Assembly: GCF_003334785.1 (NCBI RefSeq)
Contig: NZ_QOWV01000088.1
Reading direction: 5' to 3' (one strand)
DNA length: 351 bases
From: Escherichia coli
GTDB lineage: Bacteria; Pseudomonadota; Gammaproteobacteria; Enterobacterales; Enterobacteriaceae
The translations under genes were made by a program, and so were the position numbers. This document shows positions 1 to 351 of the stretch, in pieces. Position 1 is the stretch's first letter. Each line of letters starts with the position of its first letter. The notes below the pieces were generated by a model. The model was not told the DNA's origin. It saw only the letters and a program-made list of their open reading frames with translations, and made no database searches.

Positions 1-20
1 ATATTACGTAGCTCATTTTC
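1..20. repeat. Degenerate repeat remnant flanking the array on the C-terminal side of the minus-strand ORF
   Basis: Positions 1-20 match the last 20 bp of a unit at 10/20 positions (ctcat and tc shared). The encoded ENELRN corresponds residue-by-residue to DDEIKS of the repeat with conservative changes. Confidence 0.55.
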
Positions 21-351
21 CAGATAGCGTTTCAGCTCGAGGAGTTCGTGGTCATCGCCGAAACTGACGGTTTTCAGGCTCTTGATCTCATCGTCCAGAT
101 AGCGGTTCAGTTCCCGGAGCTCGTGGTCATCGCCGAAACTGACGGTTTTCAGACTCATGATCTCCTTGTCCAGATAGCGGTTCAGCTCGAGAAGCTCGTG
201 GTCATCGCCGAAACTGACGGTTTTCAGACTCATGATCTCCTTGTCCAGATAGCGGTTCAGTTCCCGGAGCTCGAGGTCATCGCCGAAACTGACGGTTTTC
301 AGACTCTTGATCTCATCGTCCAGATAGCGGTTCAGCTCGAGGTGTTCATAA
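1..351 (-). CDS. Partial CDS (internal fragment, both ends outside the window) encoding a protein built of 25-aa tandem repeats; function unknown
   Basis: Minus-strand frame with codons on + coordinates 3..350 is open for all 116 codons. Translation N->C: YEHLELNRYLDDEIKSLKTVSFGDDLELRELNRYLDKEIMSLKTVSFGDDHELLELNRYLDKEIMSLKTVSFGDDHELRELNRYLDDEIKSLKTVSFGDDHELLELKRYLENELRN. The other two minus frames hit TGA within the first 6 codons. Of 11 variable sites among the four complete units, 4 are synonymous in this frame (gaa/gag Glu twice, ctc/ctt Leu, agc/agt Ser) and 7 fall on its third codon position; none is purely synonymous in the antisense + frame. Codon choice is GC3-rich (ctg, cgc, aac, atc, acc, ggc, gac). 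The flanking segment ENELRN aligns to the repeat start DDEIKS with a conservative substitution at every position. Caveat: openness is partly a by-product of copying one stop-free unit, so the statistical weight is that of about 25-30 independent codons. Confidence 0.72.
21..95. repeat. Repeat unit 1 (block A = LLE type, block B = DEIK type; carries unit-specific variants at window positions 30, 45 and 78)
   Basis: Direct alignment to units 2-4. Encodes (minus strand) DDEIKSLKTVSFGDDHELLELKRYL. Confidence 0.9.
96..170. repeat. Repeat unit 2 (block A = LRE type, block B = KEIM type)
   Basis: Direct alignment. Encodes (minus strand) DKEIMSLKTVSFGDDHELRELNRYL. Confidence 0.9.
171..245. repeat. 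Repeat unit 3 (block A = LLE type, block B = KEIM type)
   Basis: Direct alignment. Encodes (minus strand) DKEIMSLKTVSFGDDHELLELNRYL. Differs from unit 2 only at window positions 186, 189, 190 and 192. Confidence 0.9.
246..320. repeat. Repeat unit 4 (block A = LRE type, block B = DEIK type; H->L variant at window position 274)
   Basis: Direct alignment. Encodes (minus strand) DDEIKSLKTVSFGDDLELRELNRYL. Confidence 0.9.
321..351. repeat. Partial, diverging repeat unit 5 at the window edge
   Basis: Identical to unit 3 for its first 21 bp (321-341), then diverges (ggtgttcataa). Relative to the consensus, the encoded junction reads YEHLE instead of DDHELLE, consistent with a 6-bp in-frame deletion plus substitutions. 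Confidence 0.8.

Larger units (their letters stand above)
21..351. repeat. Tandem direct repeat array, 75-bp period, about 4.4 copies, in-frame (25 codons per unit)
   Basis: The motif cagatagcg recurs at 21, 96, 171, 246 and 321, exactly 75 bp apart. The four complete units differ at only 11 positions in total; pairwise U1 vs U2 has 9/75 differences, U2 vs U3 has 4/75, U2 vs U4 has 4/75. Confidence 0.97.

Noticed and set aside
39-50. Shine-Dalgarno-like GAGGAG (39-44) followed by GTG (48-50) on the + strand
   Set aside because: It lies inside a repeat unit and the motif is a consequence of the coding sequence (Glu/Leu codons on the minus strand). The spacing to GTG is only 3 nt, and the other units carry variant sequence here.
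62-75. Short inverted repeat gaaac...gtttc-like (aaac / gttt) with a 5-6 nt loop, repeated in each unit
   Set aside because: The stem is only about 4 bp, AT-rich, and embedded in coding sequence (encodes KTVSF); too weak to call a terminator or regulatory hairpin.
347-349. ATG on the minus strand (cat on + strand) as a possible translation start
   Set aside because: It is out of frame with the long ORF, and its own frame reaches TGA after 5 codons (atg aac acc tcg agc tga).
12-350. Plus-strand ORF (frame 3) open from 12 to the window end, translating to LIFQIAFQLEEFVVIAETDGFQALDLIV QIAVQFPELVVIAETDGFQTHDLLV ...
   Set aside because: It is the exact antisense frame of the minus-strand ORF and stays open only because the sense strand uses no TTA/CTA/TCA codons. 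Inter-unit substitutions are never silent in this frame, the product nearly lacks Lys/Arg, and the frame is closed by TAG at 9-11 at the array edge with no convincing start codon.
21-351. CRISPR array
   Set aside because: The 75-bp units abut directly with no interspersed unique spacers, the unit is far longer than typical CRISPR repeats, and the array is coding in phase.
21-351. Regularly spaced GATC (one per unit, e.g. 84-87) and CTCGAG/GAGCTC palindromes suggesting a methylation or restriction-related pattern
   Set aside because: The periodicity is simply inherited from the 75-bp repeat; no independent evidence of function. They are useful only as landmarks for restriction-based sizing of the array.
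1-351. Non-coding minisatellite or intergenic repeat
   Set aside because: Unit length is exactly 25 codons, one frame is fully open including the diverged flanks, variation is enriched at third codon positions with silent outcomes, and flanking degenerate copies change conservatively at the protein level. Not fully excluded without expression data.
1-351. Multi-gene system (defence island, operon or mobile element) within this window
   Set aside because: The window holds a single partial ORF made of repeats: no second gene, no intergenic region, no terminal inverted repeats, no integrase or transposase fragments. Any system-level claim would need the flanking sequence.

Overview
The whole 351-bp window is a tandem array of about 4.4 near-identical copies of a 75-bp unit (phase starts at 21, 96, 171, 246, 321), with degenerate repeat-like sequence at both edges. 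Because 75 = 3 x 25, the array preserves reading frame, and the best-supported reading is a partial minus-strand CDS, open across the entire window, encoding 25-residue repeats (consensus D[D/K]EI[K/M]SLKTVSFGDD[H/L]EL[L/R]ELNRYL). No start or stop codon for this frame lies in the window, so the gene extends beyond both ends. I do not recognise the repeat family and cannot name the protein. The window holds no second gene, RNA gene, CRISPR array or mobile-element hallmark, so nothing here by itself supports a multi-gene system; the points of interest are the internal organisation of the repeat array. A hand count of one unit gives about 53% GC. All statements come from manual reading and translation; no database search was possible.
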